Below are positions 53,844 to 63,423 of a stretch of 64,000 nucleotides of DNA, piece after piece. The translations under genes were made by a program, and so were the position numbers. The notes beneath the pieces were generated by a model. It ran no database searches, was not told the origin of the DNA, and worked only from the letters and a program-made list of their open reading frames with translations. Origin of the DNA: a virus (lineage: Duplodnaviria; Caudoviricetes); the IMG/VR virus record IMGVR_UViG_3300033066_000386, positions 1-64,000 of that record; one strand, given 5' to 3'. Every line of letters starts with the position of its first letter. Positions within the stretch are counted from its first letter, which is position 1.

Positions 53844-55477
53844 TACACTTCCTTCGGCAATAGGATTTGTTGGTCGTGCTTGCATTCGATTTCGATGACG
53901 GCGGGGTCGGTATATTTAAGTACTCGTTCAAGTTCAGATATGTTTTCTCTGGTTAAGCGACTGTGTATGACAATTCCCATTGCTTCGGCTACGTCTGAAA
54001 TGTCTGGTATGGCCACATCATCGCCGCTACCTATCCTCCTGCCCTCACAGTATCGGTCTTGGGTATTACGAATGGACGCATAGCCACCGTTGCTGATGAC
54101 GATGATCTTGACGTTGAGTTCTAGTCGCGCGAGTACGCTTAGCTCCTGCACGTTGGTCATGAAGCTACCATCCCCGATAACGGCAACCACCGGCACATTC
54201 GGATTGGCCAGGGCTGCTCCGATGGACGCTGGCAATGCCCACCCCATTTGGGCCAATGATCCAGGGCAGATGAATCTTCGGTTGCCCATCATCTGCATGA
54301 CCTGAGGAATGGCGTAGTAGGGCTGCCCGGCATCGTAAAGGATAATGGCGTCTTGGGATATCTCGTCGTTCAAAGCGGATAAGGCTTCGTACAGGTCTAG
54401 CGGTCCATCTTCGTTGTCTACGATATACTCTTGGCTATGTTGGTGGTAGGCGTCTCCACATGCCCTATGCCAATCGCTTCCCTCATGGGTAAATTCCAGC
54501 TTGAGCTTAACCAGCTTTCTAAGGAACTCGCCCACGTCGCACTCGAACTTCAAGCCGCCGTGATCCACCTTGTCCAGTACGGCGCGGTCCGGGTCCACAT
54601 GGATGATCGTGGCGTTCTTGGGCAGGTACTCGCCATCCCATCCGATGGTTTGGTTGTGTAGGCTACAGCCCATGACGAGGACCACATCGGCATTCTTGAG
54701 CATCCAGTTCGCTGCGGTATGACCCTTCACTCCTGGGTGGCCATAGCTGTATCGGATGGCATCTTTGGCGAATTGGGTGGTGATGATCGGGATGGTGCAG
54801 GACTCGTCTAGCTGGCGTGCCGCCTCAATCGCTCCAGAACAGCGTATGCCGTGTCCAAATAGGATCAACGGGCGTCTAGCCTCCTTGAGCAGTTTGGATG
54901 CCTGCAAGGGCCATTCTGGATTGATTTTAACCCGTTCTAGGGCCGGATTTAGTGGCTCTTTAGGAATCGGCAGCTTGTCTTGGCTGATTTCGCTGCTTTG
55001 AAAGTCGAGGGGGACTTCCAAATAGACCGGCCCCGGCCTTCCCGACACGCATTCCATCCATGAGCCTTCGATGCAGATAATGCCGTGATCCTTGGTGAAG
55101 GCCGAGACGATGGGGAACGTATCTACTTCAAGAAACCCCGTTTGTCTCAATCTAGTTCCATTATTGCAATCCTTGACCTTGCTTTGACCCACGATGTAGA
55201 TGACGGGGATGGAGTCTTGGTACGCGCTGACGATTCCCGTAATGAGGTTGGGTCCACCTGGTCCACCCGTGGCAAGGCATAGGCTGGGTCTGCCCGTTAT
55301 CCGAGCGTAGGCATCGGCAGCATAGGCTGCGGCTTGCTCATGGTGGAAGCAGGTGTACCCCATGCCGCTCTTCTTAACCGCGTCCATCAAGTACATCATC
55401 TGCCCACCCGATACCAGGAAGGCGTGGTCAATGCCCTGGGCTTGCAGGAATTGGATGAGGTAGTCAGCTACGATCAT
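53843..55477 (-). CDS. ThDP-dependent enzyme, acetolactate-synthase-like (YerE-like candidate)
   Basis: HHEQAAAYAADAYAR..TGGPGGPNLITG (catalytic Glu); GDGSFMTN...ISNGGY (ThDP motif); AAGGAG RBS before ATG 55477. Confidence 0.88.
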   Translation of the reverse strand: MIVADYLIQFLQAQGIDHAFLVSGGQMMYLMDAVKKSGMGYTCFHHEQAAAYAADAYARITGRPSLCLATGGPGGPNLITGIVSAYQDSIPVIYIVGQSKVKDCNNGTRLRQTGFLEVDTFPIVSAFTKDHGIICIEGSWMECVSGRPGPVYLEVPLDFQSSEISQDKLPIPKEPLNPALERVKINPEWPLQASKLLKEARRPLILFGHGIRCSGAIEAARQLDESCTIPIITTQFAKDAIRYSYGHPGVKGHTAANWMLKNADVVLVMGCSLHNQTIGWDGEYLPKNATIIHVDPDRAVLDKVDHGGLKFECDVGEFLRKLVKLKLEFTHEGSDWHRACGDAYHQHSQEYIVDNEDGPLDLYEALSALNDEISQDAIILYDAGQPYYAIPQVMQMMGNRRFICPGSLAQMGWALPASIGAALANPNVPVVAVIGDGSFMTNVQELSVLARLELNVKIIVISNGGYASIRNTQDRYCEGRRIGSGDDVAIPDISDVAEAMGIVIHSRLTRENISELERVLKYTDPAVIEIECKHDQQILLPKEV

Positions 55478-55626
55478 GGTTGCTCCTTTTCGTATTTGAG
55501 GGAGAACGCTAGCAACTCTTCGAGCGTGGGGGCCGCGATCTTCGTCATAACGATTGCCGCACCTCTCACACACGTCATCCTCAAGGTGATATCCACATTC
55601 ACATGTAAGCATTGAATTACTCCTAG

Positions 55627-55872
55627 CTATCGCACGCTGGACAACGCATTGGATACTCGAAGCTCCACTTGGTCAACTGCTAACTCAAACGCATGTTCCA
55701 ACCCGTCTGCCCTATCTCCCATATAGGTCTGCCATCTCCATCCGTAATCCTTCTCACCCACCCCTTCCGTGAAGTACACGTCTGCAACCTTACGGACCAA
55801 TCCGCGCACCTTTGGGCCGAAGTTCCATGTGTCGTCACCGATGTATTGCCACTCCATTTCGTCAATGCTCAT
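55627..55872 (-). CDS. hypothetical protein
   Basis: AGGAG RBS. Confidence 0.55.
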   Translation of the reverse strand: MSIDEMEWQYIGDDTWNFGPKVRGLVRKVADVYFTEGVGEKDYGWRWQTYMGDRADGLEHAFELAVDQVELRVSNALSSVR

Positions 55873-55880
55873 GGTTGCTC

Positions 55881-56108
55881 CTAGCAGCGAATAATCGGAT
55901 TGTTGTCGGAATGGATTTTGTTCAGCGCGTCCTGCATTTCCTTATCCCCAAACGAGGGATCAATCTCGTGCTTGAACACCAGATCGAGATGCTTCCTAAT
56001 CATCGTTGTTGCCTCTGGGTCAATGCCTTCGTCCAAGATGCTGCCCCTTCCCTTACCGCTAATCTCAAAATACCCTTGTAACCAGTAACAGAAATCTCGA
56101 CTTGTCAT
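55881..56108 (-). CDS. hypothetical protein
   Basis: MTSRDFCYWLQGYFE..HLDLVFKHEIDP. Confidence 0.7.
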   Translation of the reverse strand: MTSRDFCYWLQGYFEISGKGRGSILDEGIDPEATTMIRKHLDLVFKHEIDPSFGDKEMQDALNKIHSDNNPIIRC

Positions 56109-56275
56109 GACGTTCTCCCATAAAAGTGAAAGCGGGTTCCGTGGCTTCGATTGCTACACCCGCCACATAGCACGGTCTGTGGGTTGGGGCCTTGTTATCG
56201 GCCTGCTTGCGTGGGAACTGGCGAAGACGTAGGCCACGCAAGCCCCGGAGAGCCACGGCTGCTCCTATGAAACTC

Positions 56276-57133
56276 CTACGTCTTCCTGAGTCCTTCGAGT
56301 ACGTAATAGTTCATGGTCCGCTTGAGGGCATCTTCGAGCGGAATGGTGGGCTCGTAATTACCAAGAATGAAGTCCTTTTCTGGTTCATCGTCTCCGAGAA
56401 CCACGTTGTCCGTTAGTAGTCGCGCGACCCTGACTAGGCTAACAGCATCGAGACTTCCTAGTTCACACAACAGATTCTCTACAGTTGCTCGCAACAATTC
56501 AATTACCATATCGCAAGCGTGGAGATAACCCCTAACGGTGTTGGGAGAGCGTACCAAGACCGGCTCACCGGCAAGGGCTTGCTTGATGAAGTTGCCCACC
56601 GCGAATCGCTCTAGGTCCATCATGGGGCCGACGAAGCTGTAACCACGAACAATGCTGGCTTCCAATCCGTCTTCTTCACACGCTCGGTGCAACATCGTTT
56701 CACATAGACGCTTGGTCTCGGCTATCACCCTGCGCGAATCGTTCCACCCATAATCCATGTGGACCGCTTGGCTGGAGGTGAATAACAGCTTCTTTACGCC
56801 TTGCACCTTGCAGAATTCCAAGACACGTTCCATGCCCACAATGTTGTTGGCGATGCTCTTGTGGTCGTAGGCAAAGTGCATGACGTAATCGTGGCCGTCA
56901 GCATGGTCCAAGCCCAATAGCGGGTCCAAGTTCTGAATTCGGTAAGCGTCGTGGTAGCTCCAGAACGTGGTGATGCCTAGCAATTCATCCGCGCGATCCA
57001 ACGTCATCGTCATCCACCTACCAAAGAACCCAGCGGCTCCCGTGATGAAGATGCGTTTGCCGTCAAGCTGCCTCAGATACGGCTCCGCATGCTTGACGAT
57101 GTGGTCCAAGTCGGCTTGTAGTTGTGGGTTCAT
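56276..57133 (-). CDS. NAD-dependent epimerase/dehydratase (extended SDR)
   Basis: IFITGAAGFFGRW Rossmann motif; LLFTSS; R.FSFVGP-like; TVRGYLH. The YxxxK position reads IAETK. Confidence 0.8.
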   Translation of the reverse strand: MNPQLQADLDHIVKHAEPYLRQLDGKRIFITGAAGFFGRWMTMTLDRADELLGITTFWSYHDAYRIQNLDPLLGLDHADGHDYVMHFAYDHKSIANNIVGMERVLEFCKVQGVKKLLFTSSQAVHMDYGWNDSRRVIAETKRLCETMLHRACEEDGLEASIVRGYSFVGPMMDLERFAVGNFIKQALAGEPVLVRSPNTVRGYLHACDMVIELLRATVENLLCELGSLDAVSLVRVARLLTDNVVLGDDEPEKDFILGNYEPTIPLEDALKRTMNYYVLEGLRKT

Positions 57134-57281
57134 CGCATGATCCTTTCGATGATAGCAGAGGCGGCGAATGGAATTAGGGTGCAGACAAATCCGATGATCG
57201 ACCCCACCACCATCCCTGTTCGCCAAGCCCTACCGTAAGCCCTGATCTCCCCTTCGGTCTTGTAGTCGTCTATGTCGAAAA

Positions 57282-57473
57282 TCATTCCTTGCCTCCCAGC
57301 CCTGCGGCTTTACAGACTTCCTCAACCGCTTGATCCAATACGTCGATCTTATCCTCAGCCTTCCTCAAGCGGTGATAGAGGAAGGGGACAATGGAGGCCA
57401 ATGCGACCGCGGCCACGGACAGGCACGCACACACAATGCCAAGACACACGCAGACCGTTTCTAGAGTATTCAC
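57282..57473 (-). CDS. small membrane protein
   Basis: N-terminal TM. Confidence 0.5.
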   Translation of the reverse strand: MNTLETVCVCLGIVCACLSVAAVALASIVPFLYHRLRKAEDKIDVLDQAVEEVCKAAGLGGKE

Positions 57474-57664
57474 TCGGTTACTCCGTTGTCTTGGTAGGTC
57501 GTCGCAACGAACTGTGCGTGCGAATCGTCTATGGCCAGTTCTTCCTCGTAGCAGTCGTTACAGATTGGCTCATAAAGGTCAGCAGGATGCCCAGGGAAGT
57601 TGTCTGAAGCAACCTTTATTGGGAATGACTTCTCACACTTCCAGCACACGAATTCTCCGCTCAT
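57470..57664 (-). CDS. small Zn-finger protein
   Basis: CWKC...CNDC. Confidence 0.55.
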   Translation of the reverse strand: MSGEFVCWKCEKSFPIKVASDNFPGHPADLYEPICNDCYEEELAIDDSHAQFVATTYQDNGVTE

Positions 57665-57858
57665 TTCGCACCACCTTTCTCCACCAGCTTGGGGGGCTGT
57701 TCCTGGCCGTTGGCAATTTCATGAGTGAGTGAGTCGATGTACTTGAGCAATTCGCCCACATGCTCGGCGTAGGTTTGGTTGCTGGCGGCATTGTAGCCCA
57801 GGCTTGCTTCCGCATGCCGCTTACGAATCACTTCCAATCGTTCCTTAGTCATCATCAT
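57661..57858 (-). CDS. hypothetical protein
   Basis: 4-bp overlap with neighbour. Confidence 0.5.
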   Translation of the reverse strand: MMMTKERLEVIRKRHAEASLGYNAASNQTYAEHVGELLKYIDSLTHEIANGQEQPPKLVEKGGAK

Positions 57859-58366
57859 TCTCCCTTGGTTGCATTAAACCATTTCGTTTCTTGTTGGGAC
57901 CGAATCCTAGACGCCTTCGACGGGCGGCAAAGCTGGGGGGCTTGATTCCCAACTCGGATGCGGCTTCCTTGTCCGTGTATCCGGCGTCCATCAGTCGTAT
58001 CGTTTGTTCTCGCACTTCCCAATCCACATTCTTGACGTACCAGTCTTCGTCGCCTACCTTGCAATTGGGCTTTAATCCGCGCGCCTTGCGCCATTGGCGG
58101 ATGTTGCTGGACGTGCATCCGATTCTATCCGCAATGTCCCGATCCGATAGACCTGAACCATAAAGCTCTTGCCCCATCTCGGACAGCTTCCGGCTATGGC
58201 GGAACGTGGGTATCGCCGGTATCCCCCGCTTGGCCCTCCATTGCTGGACCAACCATTTCGTGCAACCCACCTTTTGGGCAATGACGGAATCACGCAGCCC
58301 CATCTCGACCATGCCCCTACCGATCTGGTCTAGTACCTTGGTTGCCCCGGTATGTATGTGCGACAT
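57845..58366 (-). CDS. protein with three tandem HTH repeats
   Basis: GLRDSVIAQKVGCTKWLVQQWR / GLSDRDIADRIGCTSSNIRQWR / GYTDKEAASELG. Confidence 0.75.
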   Translation of the reverse strand: MSHIHTGATKVLDQIGRGMVEMGLRDSVIAQKVGCTKWLVQQWRAKRGIPAIPTFRHSRKLSEMGQELYGSGLSDRDIADRIGCTSSNIRQWRKARGLKPNCKVGDEDWYVKNVDWEVREQTIRLMDAGYTDKEAASELGIKPPSFAARRRRLGFGPNKKRNGLMQPRENDDD

Positions 58367-58376
58367 GAACCCTCCG

Positions 58377-58640
58377 TCATTTCTTTTTCAAGTGCTTTCC
58401 CGCAATGATCGTTTCCAGGTGTTCCACACGCACCCGTAACTCCGATAACTCGTCTTCCAAGGTAAGCTGCTCGCCACCACCCCCACCTTCCCCGTCGTCT
58501 TCGTCCTCATCTGGTGGTCCAAGGCCAATGATTACATCCACGAGGGCTTCTACGTGATCGGTGGTTAGCTGATCCGTCTCGACCATTTGAGAGAAGGAAC
58601 CCCTGTCAGGACGATTGCTAACGCTATGGTACTTAAACAT
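58377..58640 (-). CDS. hypothetical protein
   Basis: Acidic linker plus coiled coil. Confidence 0.5.
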   Translation of the reverse strand: MFKYHSVSNRPDRGSFSQMVETDQLTTDHVEALVDVIIGLGPPDEDEDDGEGGGGGEQLTLEDELSELRVRVEHLETIIAGKHLKKK

Positions 58641-59008
58641 GCTGCCCCTCCCTCATCCGTAGTTTCTTCCGTGCCTCTCGATACGCCACTTGCTGTTGAG
58701 CGACGGTGAACCTTTTCTTGAACGTCAACCTGCTATGGATGACCGCCGTCTCATAGTTGACCATGATTTCCCAATTCTTCCGCGCGGATTCCACGATGGC
58801 ATCGCGTAGCACATCGATTGCCTTCATGTACTCTTCCGGTGTATCCATCATCCTTGCACCCCCCTTTCTTTCTTGGGCTTCGGGCTGCCCTTGCCGCACA
58901 TCGAATGCTTCAACCCATCTCGGTACTTGGAATTGGATTGAGAGCATTTCTTGCAAACGCGCTGCCCGTCGAATTGTTGAGGCTTTTCCTCTCGGCACTT
59001 AAGGCAAA

Positions 59009-59296
59009 TCATGTCATCACTCCGTGACCAGGGTTCTTCAAATCCCCTCCATCCAATGCCAGCCCCTCTTTGGCCAGCTTGGATAGACGCTTGATGGCAT
59101 ATTCCATTTGTAGGGCTTCCGACTTGCTCTCGCATTTTAGCATCCATACCAGCGATACGGGCAGTCTTGATCGGGTGTATTTGGCCCCCTTGCCGCTATT
59201 GTGTTTCTTCTCGCGCGAGTACACATCATTGGACACGCCGCAATAGAGGCTGCCATCGGAGCATCGCAAGATGTAAGTGTGCCACGTTAGTACCAT
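59009..59296 (-). CDS. GIY-YIG nuclease family protein
   Basis: WHTYILRCSDGSLYCGVSND...HNSGKGAKYTRSRLPV...ALQMEYAIK. Confidence 0.9.
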   Translation of the reverse strand: MVLTWHTYILRCSDGSLYCGVSNDVYSREKKHNSGKGAKYTRSRLPVSLVWMLKCESKSEALQMEYAIKRLSKLAKEGLALDGGDLKNPGHGVMT

Positions 59297-59529
59297 GTCG
59301 GAACGCTCGGCTGGGTCAGGACGTTGAACCGCTTCTGAACGGCTGCCATGACCCTATCGTAGACCCAATCCGGTAGCTGCTCGGTTGGCGTTGTGAGGAT
59401 GATGTCTTTCGGTATCTCGGCTAGGAATGTCATCCTATCCGCCGTCCCAAGCAGCTTCCGTGCCCGCATCATGAGGATGAAGGCATTGGGTTCCTTGAGG
59501 TCCGTGATGTCGATTTGCTTACGCTCCAC
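59287..59529 (-). CDS. hypothetical protein
   Basis: GGAGG RBS region; 80 aa. Confidence 0.5.
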   Translation of the reverse strand: MERKQIDITDLKEPNAFILMMRARKLLGTADRMTFLAEIPKDIILTTPTEQLPDWVYDRVMAAVQKRFNVLTQPSVPTWY

Positions 59530-59733
59530 TAGTAATCCTCCAATTTAGTTAGTCGCACCCGTTGTCCGACATGCCGTCAATCCAATTTGTTTCGATGACC
59601 TGCCTCTTCTCTTCTACGGCGTCAATAGCCCATTGGCATCCTTTGAGAGCGAATGCCAACATCCACTCGTCTCCGGTTGGGTAATAGGTGGAACCGTCTT
59701 TACAGACTATACCTGGGCGTATTGGCTCTAACA

Positions 59734-59964
59734 TCAGTAATCCTCCGTTAGAAACTCCACGTCTTTGCACCACACGCACTCGAACTTGGTTTCGACCCGA
59801 ATCTTGCCATCCTTGGTGTATCGCCCATGCCCCTTGTAGGCGTAGCTCCCACCGCAATAGGAATGTCTACAGGGCTTGCCGTGGCCCTTGTCATGGAGTC
59901 GGTCGATGAACTCCGATAGCCCCGGCTTGGCTGGCGTTACCTTCCGTGTCGGTTTCATGGTCAA
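59734..59964 (-). CDS. small Zn-ribbon-like protein
   Basis: CRHSYC...CVWC. Confidence 0.5.
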   Translation of the reverse strand: MTMKPTRKVTPAKPGLSEFIDRLHDKGHGKPCRHSYCGGSYAYKGHGRYTKDGKIRVETKFECVWCKDVEFLTEDY

Positions 59965-60200
59965 CCCTTGTCTATCTGCTCGGCAAATTCCATAGCGGCT
60001 TTAACGGTATTAAACCTCTTATGCCACGGTGTGCCGTTGCTCTTTTTGTGTACGTTGGAAATCAGTAGTGCCGCCGATCCTCGACGTAAAATCTCAAATT
60101 TCCCATCTTCCGAATCGTACCCTGCGATTGCATTATCTTTACGAATCCACAATCGGAAATCGCTACCCAAGGTAATGTGTTTAGGAAATGCCGGTCTCAT
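59961..60200 (-). CDS. hypothetical protein
   Basis: ATG 60200 overlaps the rfbH TGA (ATGA). Confidence 0.5.
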   Translation of the reverse strand: MRPAFPKHITLGSDFRLWIRKDNAIAGYDSEDGKFEILRRGSAALLISNVHKKSNGTPWHKRFNTVKAAMEFAEQIDKG

Positions 60201-61522
60201 CGCTCCACCACCTTTTCGTGAAAAATCTCTAGAACGTAATCCAGCATAGCAGTCGTTAGCCCCGGCCAACAACCTACCCAGAATGTATTGTGCATCACAT
60301 AATCAGTGTTGGCAAGTTGGCCCACCACTCGCTTCTCCACGTCCTTGTAGGCCGGTTGCTTGGTGAGATTGCCCCCGAATAACAATCGGGTCTGGATGCC
60401 ATGATCGTTTAACTTGGCTACTACGTAGTTGCGATTAAAGAATGCAGAGGATGTTGGACGTATCGACAAGGCGAACCCGAACCATGAGGGGTTGCTGTTG
60501 GGTGTAGGCTCCGGCAGGATGAAGTATTCTTCCAAGTCTTTGAGGCCATCGTAGAGGTACTTCCAGTTGAATCTGCGCGATTCGATGAACGACGGCAGCT
60601 TCTTGAGTTGAGCCAACCCCAAGGCGGCTTGCATCTCGGTTGCTTTCAAGTTGTAGCCAATCTCCGAGAAGGCGTACTTATGATCCCATCCATCCGGCAA
60701 TTCGCCTAGCACGCTCTTGGGCTGATTGAACCGCTTACCACAAGAGTTGTCCACCCCTGGCGGACACCAGCAAGAACGCCCCCAGTCCCGTAGCGAGTTG
60801 ACGATAGAGTTTAGCTTGGCGTTGCTCGTCACCACCATGCCTCCCTCGCCGGTTGTCATGTGGTGGGCTGGATAGAAGCTGTAGGTGGAAAAATGACCGG
60901 CCACGCCCACATGGTCGCCAATTATCTCATCCCCATACCTTGAGCCTAGCGCGTCGCACGAATCTTCGATCAGGTAGAGGTCGTGCTTGTGAACGAACTC
61001 GTAGACTTCCGTCATGTTGAAGGGGTTGCCCAGCGTATGGGCGATCATAACCGCGCGGGTCTTGTCGCTCCTTGCGGCTTCCAACTGGGTCACGTCGATG
61101 TTGTAGGTCGGCAAGGTCACGTCCACGAATACAGGAACTAAACCATTCTGAATGATCGGGTTGACCGTGGTGGGGAACCCTGCGGCTACGGTGATTACCT
61201 CATCCACCTTCCTGAGAGGGTTGTCCAATCGCTTCGAGGTGAGGGCGGTGAGGGCTAGTAGATTCGCACTACTCCCGCTATTGGCGAAGGATGCGAACCG
61301 TTGCTCCACCGTATCCGCAAATGCCTTCTCGAATGCCGGTACACGATGCCCACCCGTTAGGTCGAAGTCCAGGGCGGATTCCACCAAGGCCACCATCTCC
61401 TCATGATCGTAGACCTTGCCGCTCACGGGGACTTTGTTCTTGCCTGGGATGAACGGCGTGGGCTTGTGGAACAAGTCGCAATATCGCTTGACGGAATCGA
61501 GAATGGAGGCTTTGTCGTTCAC
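60197..61522 (-). CDS. rfbH: CDP-4-keto-6-deoxyglucose 3-dehydrase (E1, RfbH/DdhC)
   Basis: DegT-family fold with His in place of the Schiff-base Lys (SFYPAHHMTTGEGG) and Fe-S Cys motifs EDSCDALG and RSCWCPPGVDNSCGKRF. Confidence 0.92.
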   Translation of the reverse strand: MNDKASILDSVKRYCDLFHKPTPFIPGKNKVPVSGKVYDHEEMVALVESALDFDLTGGHRVPAFEKAFADTVEQRFASFANSGSSANLLALTALTSKRLDNPLRKVDEVITVAAGFPTTVNPIIQNGLVPVFVDVTLPTYNIDVTQLEAARSDKTRAVMIAHTLGNPFNMTEVYEFVHKHDLYLIEDSCDALGSRYGDEIIGDHVGVAGHFSTYSFYPAHHMTTGEGGMVVTSNAKLNSIVNSLRDWGRSCWCPPGVDNSCGKRFNQPKSVLGELPDGWDHKYAFSEIGYNLKATEMQAALGLAQLKKLPSFIESRRFNWKYLYDGLKDLEEYFILPEPTPNSNPSWFGFALSIRPTSSAFFNRNYVVAKLNDHGIQTRLLFGGNLTKQPAYKDVEKRVVGQLANTDYVMHNTFWVGCWPGLTTAMLDYVLEIFHEKVVER

Positions 61523-61830
61523 TTTGATAACTCCGCGTTGAGCATATCGGTCAGGTCGGAAAGGAATAGGTTCATGCAGACGGATTTACAGGGGTCTTTT
61601 TCGGACAAGCTGTAATGATTAAAGACAACCATTTCGAGCGGTCTTAGATTAAAGTATCTTTGAGACACCTCCCTAATCATCTCCACCGTTAGTAGTCGCT
61701 TGGGCTTGTCATCCCGTTTGTACTCGTGCGACTCCAACTCGCTTAGCCGATCATTCACTTCGGCCAACGTATCGTAGCCAACCTCCCGTGTCATATCCCC
61801 TAGCGTCTCACGAACGTAATACCTACTCAT
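61519..61830 (-). CDS. hypothetical protein
   Basis: Overlaps the rfbH start by 4 bp; start approximate (MSRYYV). Confidence 0.45.
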   Translation of the reverse strand: MSRYYVRETLGDMTREVGYDTLAEVNDRLSELESHEYKRDDKPKRLLTVEMIREVSQRYFNLRPLEMVVFNHYSLSEKDPCKSVCMNLFLSDLTDMLNAELSK

Positions 61831-62197
61831 GGCGTTGCTCCTTCGGCCACCCCGACCACGACTCTCCGTGCATGGGATGGAACATTGATAAAGCATCCAG
61901 TATTGAGTTTATTTTTTGAGACAGTTCCCATGACCACGAACTACTACCAACGTTCCTAGTTAGGTCAGCTATTAACTGAATGGCTTCCTGATGCTTCTCT
62001 AAGATACAATCACGGTTAGCCTCAATTAAGCCAGCCATAGGATCGTACCTAGCGGATAACTCCTTTTCCAATTCATCAATCACTGCTGCCCTACGAAGCA
62101 ACTGCCTGCTTAAGATGCGTAGATCATCATCAGGATCACAATTAGGCTCGTTGAGTAATTTGTTGGCCAGCACTATAGAGTCAGATTTCTCGCTCAC
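61823..62197 (-). CDS. hypothetical protein
   Basis: GTG start overlapping the rfbG stop; helical. Confidence 0.5.
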   Translation of the reverse strand: MSEKSDSIVLANKLLNEPNCDPDDDLRILSRQLLRRAAVIDELEKELSARYDPMAGLIEANRDCILEKHQEAIQLIADLTRNVGSSSWSWELSQKINSILDALSMFHPMHGESWSGWPKEQRHE

Positions 62198-63147
62198 GGC
62201 TTGTTCTCCCCAAAGTATTTGCGATACCACTTAACCGTCTCTTTCAACCCATCCGCTAGCGTCCAATTGGGAACCCAGCCCAGCTTGGCACGGGCTTTTT
62301 GAGAGGAGAGATGCTGGGCCTGAATCTCGTTCGTGGCCTCGTTGCGGATATCGATTTTACAATACCTAGCGTCGGACATGAACAAGCCATGCATCTCAGC
62401 TAGAACGTTGACCACCATTTCTTTAGCGTCAATCGGCTCATCGTTGCTGAAGTTGAATGCCTCACCGTTCTGCACCATGCCGAATGCCAGGCCCTCCGCT
62501 AAAGCAATGTAGGCGTTGACGGCATCCTCTACGTAGAAGTAGTCGCGGATTGGTGTACCATCGCTACGAATAACGGGATTCTGACCTTGGAGTACACTAC
62601 GAATGGTCCCTGGTACGATACGGTTCCAGTTGAGGTCCCCTCCCCCGTAGATATTACCCATGCGTGCAATGGCAATGGGGAGGTCATAGGTTTTGGCGTA
62701 GCACTGGGAGATGAGGTCGGCACAGGCTTTGGAGCAATCATAGGGGTAGAGTCCTCGTAAGGGCGTGTTCTCGGTGTAGGGCAGGATGGGGGATTCGCCA
62801 TACGCCTTGTCGGACGACACGGTAATTATCTGCTCAACTTTTCCGTGTCTTCGGCAGGCGTCGAGAACGTTCACCGTTCCCATTACGTTGGTGTCCATTG
62901 TCGATTTTGGATTTTTGATTGCCTCACCTACCTGCGACTGCGCGGCCAAATGAAAGACTGTCTTGCTAATTTCGGTCAAGCGGTAAACGGCTTGGAGGAT
63001 CGTTACGTCCATCTCTTCGTGGAGGCACAAATCAAGTCTCCAAACGAATGCCCCCATCTCCTCCAGCTTCCTTACCAGCCATGATCCAACGAATCCGCTG
63101 GAGCCGGTGACGAGGACGGATCGATCTTTCCAGAATTCGGGTTTCAT
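62194..63147 (-). CDS. rfbG: CDP-glucose 4,6-dehydratase-like (RfbG/DdhB)
   Basis: FWKDRSVLVTGSSGFVGSWL, VFHLAAQ, SSDKAY, PYDCSK, NIYGGGDLNWNRIVP. Confidence 0.85.
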   Translation of the reverse strand: MKPEFWKDRSVLVTGSSGFVGSWLVRKLEEMGAFVWRLDLCLHEEMDVTILQAVYRLTEISKTVFHLAAQSQVGEAIKNPKSTMDTNVMGTVNVLDACRRHGKVEQIITVSSDKAYGESPILPYTENTPLRGLYPYDCSKACADLISQCYAKTYDLPIAIARMGNIYGGGDLNWNRIVPGTIRSVLQGQNPVIRSDGTPIRDYFYVEDAVNAYIALAEGLAFGMVQNGEAFNFSNDEPIDAKEMVVNVLAEMHGLFMSDARYCKIDIRNEATNEIQAQHLSSQKARAKLGWVPNWTLADGLKETVKWYRKYFGENKP

Positions 63148-63423
63148 TGCTTTGCTCCAATCGAGTTAGGCTCGCGCGAGTAAATACGGGTAATTACCCC
63201 TCCACTTTCTTCATCGGGCAAGATGGATGATGCCCGCAAGCGCCTGGGTCATTGCTGGCCCCGCAATCACACTTCGGGGAGTTGTCGTCTACCGGCTGTA
63301 ACGCTTCTCTGGCAAGCTTCAAAGCATCGTAGAGAACGTCGTGGTCATTGCTTGTCAGCATGTAGCCGATGGTCCAATCTAGCTGAACCAACCTCTCACA
63401 AGCTTGCTGACACAAATCCAAGT

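Larger units (their letters stand above)
491..63184. repeat. Dispersed 18-20 bp palindrome, consensus TNTASTCGCGCGASTANA
   Basis: Core TCGCGCGA starts at 497, 743, 2054, 3479, 4132, 5268, 8289, 8886, 10179, 11639, 18666, 21730, 22117, 25093, 25573, 30250, 33871, 36361, 41445, 42685, 45839, 51504, 52674, 54125, 56420, 59211 and 63172 (manual count, 27). T is present 5 nt upstream of the core in 23 of 27 copies. Confidence 0.95.

Noticed and set aside
53843-55612. Full 589-aa ORF start, and a call of ilvB/branched-chain amino acid synthesis
   Set aside because: A strong RBS points to ATG 55477. No small subunit or other ilv gene is present, and the context is nucleotide-sugar synthesis, so no ilv symbol is given.
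491-63184. TCGCGCGA repeats as a CRISPR array or IS/MITE ends
   Set aside because: Copies are kilobases apart with no regular spacers, no cas genes, no target-site duplications and no transposase.
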